64,000 nt of DNA from Eledone cirrhosa (taxonomy: Eukaryota). Both the position numbers and the translations under genes were made by a program. The notes under the pieces are model-generated. The model was not told the DNA's origin and did not search any database. It saw only the letters and a program-made list of their open reading frames with translations. The DNA lies in the NCBI GenBank assembly GCA_964016885.1, contig OZ024740.1, positions 60,016,001 to 60,080,000 of the forward strand, written 5' to 3'. Numbering within the stretch: the stretch's first letter is position 1; each line of letters starts with the position of its first letter. Positions 42,513 to 57,262 of the stretch are shown here, in pieces.

Positions 42513-42906
42513 CTCAAAGTTCTTTCGCCACACACCTTCTCAATGCATATTCTTGCTTATGTGTGTCTCCTCTTTGTTCTGATCTTTTACTCGATCTTGT
42601 CTTTCAGCGATGTTTACGTGGTCTGCGTATGCATGTGTGGTGTGTGTGTGCTGCTACTTCCACAAGCGTCTGTATATGGCGTGTATATACATGTGTGCAT
42701 GTGTGTCTTTGTTTTGTTTCTTCTCCAGATTTTTGTCTGCATATGCATTTTTCTTTCATTGTCTATCTCTCACCCATCACAAGACACTTATTATTATATT
42801 CCTATATTCTACCAAGAGCGAGTGTATGTCTATTTGTGCACCATTTTAAGCTTCTTCATATGTGTCATATTGTTATCAGTCGCTAGGTTGCGGCATTGTG
42901 GTTATA

Positions 42907-43200
42907 CTATTCATGGTTTCTATTGAAAGTAGATTTACTTTCTGTTATATACGTGGCTTCCTTAATCTCTCTGAGCATTATGTCGGTTCGATGTGTAGAT
43001 ATCATTTTTATCTCAATGTTTTCTAGTGAGTCATTATGTTCTGGTTTGGCCTGTCGGTAAAACAGTGACGGGTTTTTTTCGTCATCTTTGTACACCATTC
43101 TTTCTCCTATACTGTGAGCCATTTCTCCTATGTATGTTGTCCAACCGTACCCTAAAGATACTGAACACCTCACCAACGATACTAACTGGTGGCTGCCTAC
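42907..43200 (-). mobile_element. Penelope-like GIY-YIG endonuclease remnant
   Basis: TYIGEMAHSIGERM...SLFY...H...IEIKMISTHRTDIMLREIKEATYI...FNRNHE contains YIG, the conserved R, the catalytic E and the terminal N. Confidence 0.8.
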
Positions 43201-43254
43201 TCTTCCTGGCTATATGTTTTGTCAGTGAGCTTGAAAATATGCTCTTTTAATATT

Positions 43255-43440
43255 ATTGGTAGTATCCGTAGAGGGTCGGACACCATGCATTCCAGCATAT
43301 AGTTACGTCCCTTTACGGTCTGAGTTCAAATCCCGCCGAGATTAACTTTGCCTTTCATCCTTACAGGATCGATAAAATAAAGTACCAGTAACGCACTGGG
43401 ATAATTGCTGGCCTTGTACCAAGATAGGAAACAACTATTC
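43255..43440 (+). mobile_element. SINE family 1
   Basis: A and B boxes plus the central domain. Confidence 0.85.
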
Positions 43441-43737
43441 TTATACTAGCTCTCACCGCATGTGCGTTCATTTCTTCATGTGATCATTGTTTGCAGAGGT
43501 CCGTTTGGCGTTCGTGCAACCATTGCATCTTTCTATGGAGGTCTTTTGGGGCATTGATGTAATGGCTAGTTGCGAGCTTCTTCCTAGCATGGTAGAAAAA
43601 AAGCTGCTATAGTCATATCTGTCTAAATATTCTTTGCCACAGGTGAGCCTTAAGTGGAGTCAATCTCTCAGATGTCCACATTACTCACTCACCATTTCCA
43701 CACATTTTTCCATACCGAAATCTGTGTCACTAGATGA

Positions 43738-43823
<86 letters not shown>

Positions 43824-43884
43824 AGAACATAGGAAGGTAATATCGTAGGGGTAGAGCACTCAATCCATGAGACGAGTTTGGTAG

Positions 43885-44028
43885 AAGTAGTAACACAACA
43901 GTTAGTTGACCATACCGAGAACAATTGTTTCACCTTATGCAGATCTTCAGCTCGTACTGGTCGAGCTGAAGATCTGCATAAGGTGAAACAATTGTTCTCG
44001 GTATGGTCAACTAACTGTTGTGTTACTA

Positions 44029-44031
<3 letters not shown>
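43885..44031. repeat. Perfect foldback (70-bp arms, 7-nt loop) with a family E hammerhead on each strand
   Basis: Minus strand 43908-43962: GACCAgtaCGAG CTGAAGA tctgcataaggt GAAA CAATTG TT CTCGgtaTGGTC; plus-strand core at 43966. Confidence 0.85.
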
Positions 44032-44075
<44 letters not shown>

Positions 44076-44218
44076 CGAAGGAAGTGTGGTAAGGAACCAG
44101 ATGGACCATAACGCACAAGAATACTCAATACTTAGGGTAGTAGAGTGGGTAATAGGAAAATGTAATAGTCCAGAAATAGCCGTCGAAACGGCTTGAGCTT
44201 TGCCGTCGGGGTATAACC

Positions 44219-44288
<70 letters not shown>

Positions 44289-44290
44289 TG

Positions 44291-44887
44291 TCGGGTCACT
44301 CTTGGCTGCTACTGATAACATGTAACCCAGTATAACCTGTCACATGGTCGGGTCGTCGGCGATTAAACCGGCAACCCCACCAAGTTTACTTGGTGAGGAG
44401 GGTGATTTTGGACACCCTGCAGGGCAAAAAACAAAACCTGACAAAGGGCGGAAACGGCCATCCAATAGTGTGTAAATATGTATATACACATGTACATATG
44501 TATGTATATGTATATGTACATGGGTGCATGTGTATGTATATGCGCGGGGACATAAAAATAGTCGGGCTGGACACCCGATCGCGCGGTTAAACCACTGGGA
44601 GTGAAGGACCCCTAGCCTTTGTCAGGGCATTCTTCTAGAAGGCAACTCAGGAAACTGGGATAACTCCAACATAAAACCTGCGGCTCAGTAGTTACCGATG
44701 ATGTTGATATTATCTTCTTTTCGGGTTATAGCTACAGTCGCTCAGAGAGTGGGATTGGCTCAGTGCACAGTCTTTCCTCACTTTAAAAAATATCACGCAC
44801 AGGCATTGCACGATAGAATTAATTAATAATTATTAATAATGGTATATCTTGCAATGGCCATACTCGATAACGAGGGCGCAGCCATCA
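44291..44887. mobile_element. ~600-bp non-coding element, subfamily X2, in (TATG)n
   Basis: Highly similar to 60861-61467; shares terminal blocks with X1. Confidence 0.8.
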
Positions 44888-45170
44888 TGTATGTATGTAT
44901 GTCATTTATGTTTATATATATATACAAAGAGAGAGAGAGAGAGAGAGGGGGGGGAGAGGGGGGGAGAGAGATCGGTATAAAATGTTACATATGTGCGCGA
45001 GAATGAGTGTGTGAGCATGTGCATGTATGTGCGCATGCGCGCGCTCTGAATATATTCAAATATTATTGAATAGCTAAAGAGAACCACCGATATCGTGTGT
45101 CTAACACACCTGACATGCGTATTCATTTATTCGATCTAATTTCAATAAGCAAAATAAATAACACAGAAAA

Positions 45171-45224
<54 letters not shown>

Positions 45225-45394
45225 ATACACACTCACACACACACACACACATATGTATATATATATATTCAGGTATAGATATATATTTTTATAGATATAC
45301 ATATATACATACATGTATATATATTTATACATATACATTTATAAAAACACACACTCACTTAAATATATATAGATAGATAGACAAATATATAGAC

Positions 45395-45436
<42 letters not shown>

Positions 45437-46226
45437 GGGGGGGGGGGGGAGAGAAGAGAAAGAGAAGCACAAAAGGAAGGAAAAGTATGAAAGGGGCGGA
45501 GAGGAAAATTCCGTTCCAGAGAATGCTTGTTTATTCGTCACATCAAATATTGGAGAAGAACTAAAATAAATAAAGCAATACAGAACGAGAAACCTGTTTT
45601 TCTATACAAGCTGAGTCATCATTTTTTTTGCCTGTTTTAATCTATATATATTATGGTTTTTCTTATTTTGTTTGATGAAATGAAAGAAAGCTGTACAATT
45701 TGATATGTGGATGTTTACGTTTGGTCTTTGTACTTTGCATCCTGTACAATTGTACAGATGGACTTAAAACATATGAATTAACGAAACAGTCTAATGCAAA
45801 GCCTGTTATATGTACATATTCTGCAAATTAAGCAATTCGCCGTTCAGCTGATGTAATCTAATAAAGGTAATCTAAAATAGAAGGTAAAAAGTTTGCGTGA
45901 TACCTTCTATGTATACATACCTACACACATGCATGTATGTATGTATGTATGTGTGTGTGTCTCTGTATGTATACACACACACACATATATATGCATGTAT
46001 GTATGTAGGTATATATCTGGGAAAATGATTAATAAAAAGGATCGAAAAACGCACGCACCGGGTATATATACGAAAAGGATCTTTATAACATGTATACAAA
46101 GTTGATGTTAGCAAAACCTGCTTTCTCCGTTTTGGACCTTCAAAACATCTGTTAATGTTAAATTGTTTTTTCGTTAAAACTCCTGCATGCTGATTTTTGA
46201 AGACATTGGTTTGATATATACATACG

Positions 46227-46267
<41 letters not shown>

Positions 46268-46269
<2 letters not shown>

Positions 46270-46551
46270 CGAGGGAAAAGTGGTAAGGAACCAGGTGGAC
46301 CATAACGCACCAAAGTACTCAATACTTGGGGTAGTAGAGTGGGTAATAGGAGTAAGTAAGACCCCGACGGCTGAGCTCAAGCCGTTTCGACGGCTAATTC
46401 TGTACTATATATATATAGGAACCAGTAAGACCCCGACGGCTGAGCTCAAGCCGTCGGGGTCTTACTGGTTCCTATTACCCACTCTACTACCCTAAGTATT
46501 GAGTACTTTGGTGCGTTATGGTCCACCTGGTTCCTTACCACATTTCCTTCG

Positions 46552-46553
<2 letters not shown>
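46268..46553. mobile_element. Family B inverted dimer between (TA)n tracts
   Basis: 46270-46370 is the reverse complement of ~46450-46551; internal hairpin at 46415-46474. Confidence 0.8.
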
Positions 46554-46606
<53 letters not shown>

Positions 46607-47129
46607 ATAAATTATTATAAATAAACTGCAGGAAACTCAGAATACTCATCAGAGGTATAGTCTACAACATTGTAAGATAAATATAAAAGCAAAAATAGTA
46701 CATAGAATAATATACTTGCAGATATCCAGAGGAAAATTTGACACGATTCACCATACTGAAAGTCGCATGGAAAACTCATGATGTGACGACGTCAAACCCA
46801 AGGCAAAATATATCAACAAAAGTGGACGTCTATTAAATTATTTTTCAATCGCAGTAATGAAAATAGTTTTTTTTCTCTGTATAGCTTCTTTCTTGTGTAA
46901 TTATGTATTGATAAAATTTGACGGTGTCGGTGGCTTCCAAACTCGTCGCACGAATCATTTTCTTTGAGTCCAATACGGCACCTATTCATTTATTAGTCAA
47001 CCAGTTTATTTTCTAAAGTGTATTTTTTTTAGACAATCAGCATCACGTGGACGTCAATGAAGATGTCAGTATCTTATGTCACACTCAGCGCCTAGATTGT
47101 TATGATTGTAGATTAGATCTTGTTCTTGT

Positions 47130-47310
47130 CAAGCCGCTTCCTCTTCGTACCAGTCACCGTCGAGACCTCAGGCGTACTTGGACCCCGTAGTGTCGAGCTC
47201 CTCCGCAACATCGGAACGTCAGCGGCCCGTCTGATGAAGGAGCCCCGCGAGGTGGGGTGGTTGTTGCAGATGGTGTCACTGGCTATTGTCCGTGTGGCGC
47301 AGCCCTAGGC
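47130..47310 (+). mobile_element. CRE-like retrotransposon C-terminal fragment
   Basis: RFLFVPVTVETSGVLGPRSVELLRNIG...EPREVGWLLQMVSLAIVR. Confidence 0.7.
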
Positions 47311-48061
47311 CCAGAGCCCAGAGCCCCCCCCCCTCATTTTTCTGTGACACTAGAGTCCTTGCCATTCCCTCCCTTTTCCGTTTTTGTTCTTTTTCTCTTT
47401 TTTCTTTATATTTTCGTATTTTACATTCCATTCTTCTCAATATAAATTTTCTTCTTCTATTAGACTGTGTTTACATGATATATTCCATAAATAAAATTAT
47501 ATTACTTTTTCTAAAGTGTATTTGTTCATAATGCTTAGACAACCAGCATCAAGTGTACGTCAAACAAAGAAGACGCCATTATCTTATGTCACTCTCGGTC
47601 AGCACATAGATTATTATGATCGTAGATCAGACTACAAAGATCTTATTCAATTTATAGGCATTAACTTGAAGATTGAAAACAATAATTTTATTATATACAT
47701 AACAAAACTACAAGTGTTGCTTAAAGGTGGCAGACGCAATAGAAAGGTTGATCAAGAGATGACCGCCTGTTTGGATAAGGTAATAAATAAAATCTCAACA
47801 ATGACTTTATAAAAGATGAATGGGTTATTTGTTGAGATGTTTGGCCGATAAAATCGACTTCATCTTGTCATTATGAATGATGATTTGATGCTATATTTTT
47901 TACTAAATAATTTTTTTTTAGTTAATCTCACTTTGAAATCACCACTCTGTCAAGTCATAAAGTCTCATATTGAAATCATTGATCTCACTCAGAAGTGGCA
48001 CGTCTTCACTCTGAAGTGATGTGTGCTCACTTAGAATTATTGATACTGTGCAACTAATAAA

Positions 48062-48780
48062 ATGGCATTTACCGGTAGAGAGTCGGATACCATGCTTTGC
48101 AGCATAGAATTACGGCCCTTTATCATCTGAGTTCAAATCCTGCCGAGGTTAACTTTGCCTTTCATCCTTATGGGTTCGATAAAATAAAGTACCAGTAACG
48201 TACTGGGGTCGATTTAATCGACTTTCCCTTACCCCAAATTACTGGCCTTGTGCCTATACTAGAAATCATTATTACCATTATATTAGTGTGTTGGTAAGAC
48301 GAATTGAGACAGTGAATGTTATTAATCATATATCTGTGTGCAAGTACGCACGCAACGTTGACTGGTATATTCTCTCTAGATTATAAAAAAAATGTTTAAC
48401 CATAATCATTCATGCATTCCGTTGAGTTACTAAGTGTCTAAATAGTAATCATGAAAAGCTTAGGTTTTCAATAGTAATAATTGTTTCTACTTTTGGCACA
48501 AGGCCAGCAATTTTTTGGGGGGGGGACAGTTGGTTAAATCGACCCCAGTGCGTTACGGTACTTTATTGTATAGACCACGTAAGGATTAAAGGCAAAGCCA
48601 ACCTCGGCGGGATTTGAACTCAGAATGTAAAGGGCCGTAACCCTATGCCACAAAACATATCGTCCGACCAACCGCCCTAATAATAATAATAATGGTTTCT
48701 ACTATAGACACAAGGCCAGCAATTTTGGTGGAGAGGAAAGCCGATTAAATCGACCCCAGTGCGTTACTGGTACTTTAATT
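48062..48780. mobile_element. Three SINE family 1 copies (+ at ~48062-48270; - at ~48478-48678 and ~48691-48778)
   Basis: Same diagnostic motifs as the other copies. Confidence 0.8.
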
Positions 48781-50139
48781 TCTGTTATTTGCTACAGGAG
48801 ATATTACAAAGACAATGAAGATGAGATTTACGTATAAATGAAAAAATATGGCTACGAAGTATACGCAGTATATACATTAGATACACATAGTATTCAATTA
48901 AATAAGGCATTCTGTCCTCCTTGTATAGAGATCTTTACAAATTCAAGCTATTCTGAAATTCAGCATGTAAATCTTTACCGATGTTGTTATCTAAATTCCA
49001 AATATGGGGCTTTGTTTTAAAGTTAGAAACCATTTCTTTCTTTGTAGGAAGAATTCAAAGAATAAAAAATCAGAAAGGTAACATACAAACCTATGTACTT
49101 ATCATACTCTATCTGATACAATGGATCAATGAAATAACCATCATTAATATATGCTAGGTTTTATGAATCAACTAAACGTGTATGCTCTAGTAAAGTGTAC
49201 CCGAAAGAAACAATATTTAAGGTCAAAAGTTTATGATTATAGTTACATATTTTCCCAGTCATTCTCAGGTTTAATAGTTGCGAGTAAGACTATACTTCGC
49301 TGAAAATGTTTAATAATATCGAAATATGCCCGAATTAGTTAACGTAACTATCAAATGTTAGATCCATTACCCATTGCATGTTCTCATGTTTCAGTTTCAA
49401 GCTTAATTCTAATTTCATAGGTATCTTTCTTGTATTTCTTGTCACAAATCATTAACAGCAAGGACTTTTCTCTTCATTACCATCACAATTTTAATTGATT
49501 AAAGATTCTTTTGTATCATTACACTGACTACATTGCCCGCTACATCCAACCATATTTAACTATAATTATAGTCGATGTCATCAATTATGAGGAATGCAAT
49601 CTGGTCTAGGAAAGGGGTTGCAAAGTGTTAATATTCTATTGATCTGGAATAGCATAATTCTGCTTGTAATGTAATTCAAATGAAATGAATCCTGCATACA
49701 TACATATTTGCATGTGGCTATTTCATTTGAATATATTGATTTCTTCTTTTGTATTCGCCCAAGGACCCCCACTTCCGCTTATAGAAACTGAGAAAAGTGA
49801 TGCTGTGACATGTGTTTCTCGAAGGAAATGGTGACATGAGCTTACATATTGTTCTATGGCACTTTCCTCAATAAATTCTACGTAGTATTATTTACAACAC
49901 GTACAATCACACGTAAGTTTGTATGCATGTATATGCGGCTGTTTGTAGCAATAAATGCATGTGTGCGTGTACGTGTGCATGCATTTATATACATTAGACC
50001 AGAAATACATTTCTGGAGTTAAATACTTCGAATGAAAAAGAACAAATTCTTTATTTTACTAGTTCCAGTCATGGGGTTGTGGCCACCTTCGCATGCGCGT
50101 ATGTATGTATGTATGTATGTATGTGTGTATGTAAATATA

Positions 50140-50191
<52 letters not shown>

Positions 50192-51883
50192 GAAAGAGAG
50201 AGAGAGAGAGAGAGTGTGTGTGTGTGTGTGTGATGGGAGCAGAAATAGACAGGTAGACAAAAGTATCAGCTTACTTAAATGCTCCTTCACTACAACATGG
50301 TCCCTCTCTGTAAATATTAAAGAGGGACGATTATGGGTTTTGTAAATATTTGATATATTAATGCCCATGACTTGAGAAGGCCTACCAGAAAAAAAAAACA
50401 CTTTATATGGATGTAACATTTACCACCTTTATAGGGTGTAATATTTATCACATTATATGGTTAACAGCATCCACTGAAACTAAGTATTGTGAGACATCGA
50501 TGAAACGTCTACACATTTGTAGAAATAGCCGTCAAATCTGCCCCAAATCAAACTCTACTGTCTTAAAACAAAACAGGTGACATATGATAATGTAATCCTA
50601 GATGTACTATTACTGAAAACAAGACAATGAGACGTTCATGATTGGAATATCTTTGATCATAGATTTGAACTACCATAGTTGATCATAGATTAGAGCTACC
50701 ATGGCTGTAAATAACAACCACCACTAGCTCATTTACTAATAGAGCTTTCCAACTGAATGGCAACATCCTTTGAGTTTGTTCTTTTCCGAAATCAATGTAG
50801 TTTATGAGCAGGTGAACATTTTGGTTCTAGTTGGTCGGTTAGAGCATGTATGACAGCTTCGGATTGAGGGGTAAAACTAGTGATAGTTTACAGCCTTACA
50901 AATGTGTAACAGTCAAAATTCTCCGACAATAATCAATGTCAATATTAAAAGACGCTTGGAATGCCACCAATGTACGTTGATATTTATTGGAGGGGGATTA
51001 ATAGATTAAGATTTTTTGATTTTGCTGAGACATTATAAAATGTCCGACTGATATTAACAAGTTTCGTGGTAGATTACATTTCATGTTGTCAAACGTCACA
51101 CAGAATTATGCCGAATTATGCCAACCTAAGTTATATGTTTACAATACGTCAGTTTGGAATGCGTTTTAGCAAATCTAAAAACTACCCCTTAAAATTATGT
51201 AGCATTTGTAAATCTTTGTACTGTTGTTGTTACAGCTCACACCTATGCAGGTTTAGCTGGCCTCCTCCAAGGTATATCTCGTTGGAGTTGTCTTGGGTGA
51301 TTTAATGATAGAGACCCCAGTCCTATCATCTCATTTCTACAGTTAAATAAACTGGAGCAACGTGAAATAAAGTGTCTGCTCAAGGAAACAACACATCACC
51401 CGGTCCGAGAATTGAACTCAGAACCTTTCGATTGCAAGTCCAATGCTCTAACCACTAAGCCATGCACCTTTGTACTGGTTTATAATGTCTTCAGTATTAG
51501 ACTATTGCCTCCACAACCAAGAAATATTTCACAGAAACCTAGCTTTTGAAACCTAAAGAATTTTATTTTATTCAAATTCAGAATTTAACCAACTTAATCA
51601 AGTGTACAGGAACCAAATCACGGACTTAACGTGACAGAAGTTATTAAGTGTTGAGCGGGTTTAAAAAGACAAAGAAACGCAACAATATTTTTGTCGCACA
51701 CTGCCTTCACATTTCACTGAAGTTAGCTTTAGCTCTACTTATTACAGCACGTGAAATAAGTAGTATGGTAATATATTTGGTTAATTCATCATCACATATC
51801 GACACCGTGATATACGCCTCGTGACCCATTTCACTATTTCTGTTCTAAGTTTTCTTGATTTATTAGACATTGAAAATAAATAA

Positions 51884-52073
51884 TTGTTTCTATTTTTTGG
51901 TATAAGGCCAGCAATTTGAGGGCGGAGTCGATTAAATCGATCCCAGTGCATTACTGGTACTATATTTTATCGACTTTGTAAGGATGAAAGGCAAAGCTAA
52001 CCTCAGCGGGATTTGAACCCAGATACTAAAGGGCCGTAATTCCATGCTGATACGCATGTTGTCCGACGCTCTA
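51884..52073 (-). mobile_element. SINE family 1 with target-site duplication
   Basis: acattgaaaatRaataat flanks both ends. Confidence 0.8.
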
Positions 52074-52712
52074 CATTGAAAATGAATAATAATCTCTAAC
52101 AATGACAGTACATAGAGTCACATTTATCCGAATGTACAGTCGATTAAATAGAATCCAGTGCTTAACTCGGTTGGGTATTTGATACGGTGGGATGAAAGCC
52201 AATCGATCGAACCAAGTGAGATTTGAACTCAGAATCTAATTCCTCTACCATTTCTGTTCTTTATATAAAAAAAAGCAACGAGACCACATTTTAGGCAAAG
52301 GGAACACTCGGTTATATCGATTCCAGTTCTTGGATGGTATTTTATTTTATCGATTCTAGAAAGATCAAAAGCAAAGTCTACTCCAGAGGGATATAAACTC
52401 ACAACGTATAGATAGATACATAGAGAGACAAATATATTGATAGCTACAACTAAACTAAATATGGAGAAAATTTGCATTTTGTTCAATGTTCTGCCGATTT
52501 TACTAATCCCTTGCCTTTCATTAATATTTCTAGTATAGGCAGGGGTAAAAATGTCAGAAGGGGTAAAAGTCGATTGTATTGACCCCAGTACGCGGAAGGA
52601 TAAAAAGTTGACTACGGTGGGAATTTAGCTTAGAATCTAAAGTTCTGTAACTAAATATCGCAAAGCATCTGACGCTCAAATGATTCTGCCAATCCATTAA
52701 CATTCCGTTTTA

Positions 52713-52934
52713 ATAATGGTTTCTGATTTAGGCACAAGGCCAGCAATTTTGGAGGAGGGGAAAAGTCAATTAAATCGACCCCAGTGCGTGACTGGTACTT
52801 TATTTTATCGACCACGTAAGGATGAAAAGCAAAGTGTAAACCTCGGCGGGATTTGAACTCAGAATGTAAAGGGTTGTAACTATATACTACGAAGCATGTT
52901 GTCCGATGCTCTACCAACTCTTCCAATCTACCGC
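52713..52934 (-). mobile_element. SINE family 1 (long-tail variant)
   Basis: Full head to tail; decayed copies lie upstream at ~52130-52700. Confidence 0.85.
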
Positions 52935-53169
52935 TCTTCTTCTTCTTCTTCTTCTTAATAACAACAACAACAACTCAACAATAGTAATATCAATAACTAA
53001 AAAAAAAATTAAACTGAAAATATTTTACAGGAAATTGTAAAGAGGAATCTAATATTGAAATATATTTCAATATATAATCAATAAAGAATAAAACAAGAAA
53101 ACTGATTGGAATAGAAAATGGCTTTAAAGCAAAAAAAAGGCAAGGTACGGGGCCGTATTTAACCAATTC

Positions 53170-53246
<77 letters not shown>

Positions 53247-53439
53247 ATACATAGATACATACATACATGCAGAGCGACAGACAGGATAACAAATTAACAC
53301 ATAAATTGCAATCTAAACGGTGATAGCCGACAGACAGAATGGTAGAAAGAGAAATGGAGTGTGTCATATATTACAATGAAAGACGGAAAAAGATTGATGG
53401 ATGGAAAGATAGACAGAGGATTGTTCCCTAATTATTATT

Positions 53440-53625
53440 GCGGTGAATTGGCAGTATCGGTAGAGGGTCGGACGCTATGCTTTACAGCATAGTTACGCCC
53501 CTTTCCAATCTGAGTTCAAATCCCGCCGAGGTTAACTTTGCTTTTCATCCTTACGAGGTCGATAAAATAAAGTACCAGTAATGCACTGGATAATTGCTGG
53601 CCTTGTGCCCAAAGTAGACACAATT
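53440..53625 (+). mobile_element. SINE family 1 (short-tail variant)
   Basis: gcggtgaattggcagtatcgg...gagttcaaatcccgccgagg...ttgtgcccaaagtagacacaatt. Confidence 0.85.
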
Positions 53626-53719
53626 ATATATATATATATATATATATTCAAAATAGGGAGCACAGGGGACAAAGACAATGGAAAAAAGCGGAAAGACGGA
53701 CTCTCCCATCTCCTCAGTT

Positions 53720-54460
53720 AACCTCTGGAAATCACGATGGTTTCAGTGCATTAAGGTCTTTACCAATCATTCCAGTGTACATTGGGACACAACAAAAACT
53801 GTCGAGAACAGTTATGACGTCATATAGATTGTAGGCAAGCTATCTGTTGTTCTGGTTATTGTGCACCTGGTCCTGACAAAAATTCTTTTTATCTGAGAAG
53901 AACCAGATTGTCTCTGATTCAACAGGATCTAACACTTTGTTCAGGAGTTTCTTTGACTTTGTCAGACGGTTGTCTCGAACCTTTTCTGTAAGAATTTGGT
54001 TTTTACACGTCTTGTATGAGTGGAAGCGGAGGTCTTCATTCACAGCCAACTTCATGGTGGAAGCTGCAACACCCATTTCTCGCGCTAAAGCTCGGATTCC
54101 TTTGACTAGGGTTTCCATCATTTTCTCCTGGAGTTATGGGATAAATTCTAGTGTACGGAGCCAATGAAAACGTCTATGATATTTCCTACAAGCCAAGGTC
54201 TTGTAGTCCCCGTTACAGCTCTTCATTTGTTGTCTTGCTGCTTTCATAGAGTTGATGCTTGGAATGTTGATTTTCGGCACGAAAAAGGTTAGCCTTTTCT
54301 AATATTCAGGGGCTTTCCACTTGTGTATTTCAGTTTACTTTGACATCTTTAGAATTGTAGGGATTAGGGTTTAAAATGCCGTTCACTTTTTACAGATACA
54401 AGGGGATATCTAACAAAAACAAATAAAAAATTAGACAATATCAAATGTATCCCGAACACT
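53720..54460 (-). mobile_element. Tc1/mariner transposase remnant, DD37D/maT-like
   Basis: IRALAREMGVAASTMKLAVNEDLRFHSYK (HTH) ... IWFFSDKKNFCQDQVHNNQNNR (first catalytic D region); stops present. Confidence 0.8.
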
Positions 54461-54535
54461 CTTTATATTTATATGCATTTATATATATATATACATATAT
54501 ACACACACACACACGCACGCACGCACGCACACACA

Positions 54536-54609
<74 letters not shown>

Positions 54610-54743
54610 AAGTTATATTTAAAATTGTTGGGTTACAACTAGTAAATATTTATAACTGATATAAAAGCACTCGACAAATATTTGGAGTATATTTACAATA
54701 TTAAATAAATGGAAAACTATATTTATAAAACCATATTTATTTC

Positions 54744-55499
<756 letters not shown>

Positions 55500-55573
55500 T
55501 TCGTTTCTGAATTTCTGAAAAATGGCGTAGGATAGAAGAAAGGAAAGGCACAGAAACGAAGAAAGAAATCCCC

Positions 55574-55618
55574 AGTCACTGAAGAGGTCACAGAGTGTGT
55601 GACGAAAGAACTATGACT
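55574..55618 (+). ncRNA. Minimal hammerhead with GAAC stem III
   Basis: AGTCA CTGAAGA gGTCACAgagtgTGTGAC GAAA GAAC TA TGACT; predicted cut after 55613; followed immediately by (TA)n. Confidence 0.75.
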
Positions 55619-55885
55619 ATATATATATAAACAACTATCTGGTTGTGGAACCAACCAACCAACCAGAAATTTATAAATTTGTAAATTTATAAATATATAT
55701 TAAATTAAATTGAAGTGAAACAACTGGTGCGTGTGTTTCTTATTGGCAACATGACCCTCCCAAAGTATAACAATATACATATGTATCTATATATATATAT
55801 GTGTGTAGCAACAAGGGCGGTGCCCCAGCATGGCCTCAGCCGGATGGCTGGAACAGGTAAAAGAGTAAAAGAGTATATAGAAATG

Positions 55886-55919
<34 letters not shown>

Positions 55920-56663
55920 GGAACGAGTAGGACCCCGACGGCTGAGCTCAAGCCGTTTCAACGGCTGATTCTGGACTAAATGAAAATTTTGATCCTGGTA
56001 TATGAATAGCCGAGCTTCTCAGGGGGTAATTCCATATATGGTAAAAGTGATTGTCACAAGGATTGGTCAAAAGTCTGTTGTTGAGACACATAATTCTATC
56101 ATGGCAATTTGTGGAAGGGAAGGGGTGGCTGAACCTACCTGTAGAAGAAAGAGGGAGAGGGGTGGAGGAAACCCAGTCGTGCGTTGATAGTGCCCACTAC
56201 AGCAGGGCAGGAGGTCAAGGAAGTATACTAGGGGGGGGGGAGTCGAAACAATAAGTAAAACAATATGGGGTAAATATATAGAAGAATACTGAGAGTGTTA
56301 AAAAAACAATTAAATATTAAAAAAAAACAATTTCTGGTTACTATTCCCTAACGACAGCCATCAAGTCTCTCACTGGTACTGCTAGACTATAGAAAAGTTT
56401 ACTAGGTGGGACGGAATTATAATGAGACCCTTTGAAGAGGTAGTAGTAATCAACAGAGTATATCTTACGGTGACGGGTCAACAAGTGTGGGGGGGGGGGG
56501 GGGGGGGGGCAAAATATGTTCATTTAGTTCAGAATTAGCCGTCGAAACGGCTTGAGCTCAGCCGTCGGGGTCCTACTCGTTCCTATTACCCACTCTACTA
56601 CCCTAAGTATTGAGTACTTTGGTGCGTTATGGTCCACCTGGTTCCTTACCACATTTCCTTCGT

Positions 56664-56664
<1 letters not shown>
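55920..56664. mobile_element. Longest family B element, with inverted terminal segment
   Basis: 55920-55982 is the reverse complement of 56521-56583; both ends abut (TA)n. Confidence 0.75.
55932..56027 (-). ncRNA. Hammerhead with stable stem III (family B), C3-A8 mismatch core
   Basis: Reverse complement: ACCCC CTGAGAA gctCGGCTATTC...GAATcAGCCGtt GAAA CGGCT tgagctc AGCCG TC GGGGT. Confidence 0.65.
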
Positions 56665-56698
<34 letters not shown>

Positions 56699-56905
56699 AT
56701 ATGTGTGGGTGGGTGTGCGTATCCGTGTGTATATGCAGATATATATATATATATATATAAGTTGAAAAAAAAAAAAAAATGAAAATGAAATTTCATTTCT
56801 CACTCTTAGTATGGCACTGTTCAGTTTGTTGACAAACGAACAAAGCGGCGTTATAATAAGCGTCCGCTAAACTGATGCGTGCATATATGTATGTGTACCT
56901 GTATG

Positions 56906-56999
<94 letters not shown>

Positions 57000-57072
57000 T
57001 GCTACTGTACGTCTGTATACATATATGTATGTACGTATACATACATACTTACATTTATATATATATATATAT

Positions 57073-57262
57073 GGGAACAAGTATGACCCCGACGGCAGTG
57101 CTCAAGCCGTTTCGACGGCTATTTCTGGACACAAATAGCCGTCGAAACGGCTTGAGCTTTGCCGTCGGGGTCATACTTGTTCCTATTACCCACTCTACTA
57201 CCCTAAGTATTGAGTACTTTGGTGCGTTATGGTCCATCTGGTTCCTTACCACATTTCCTTCG

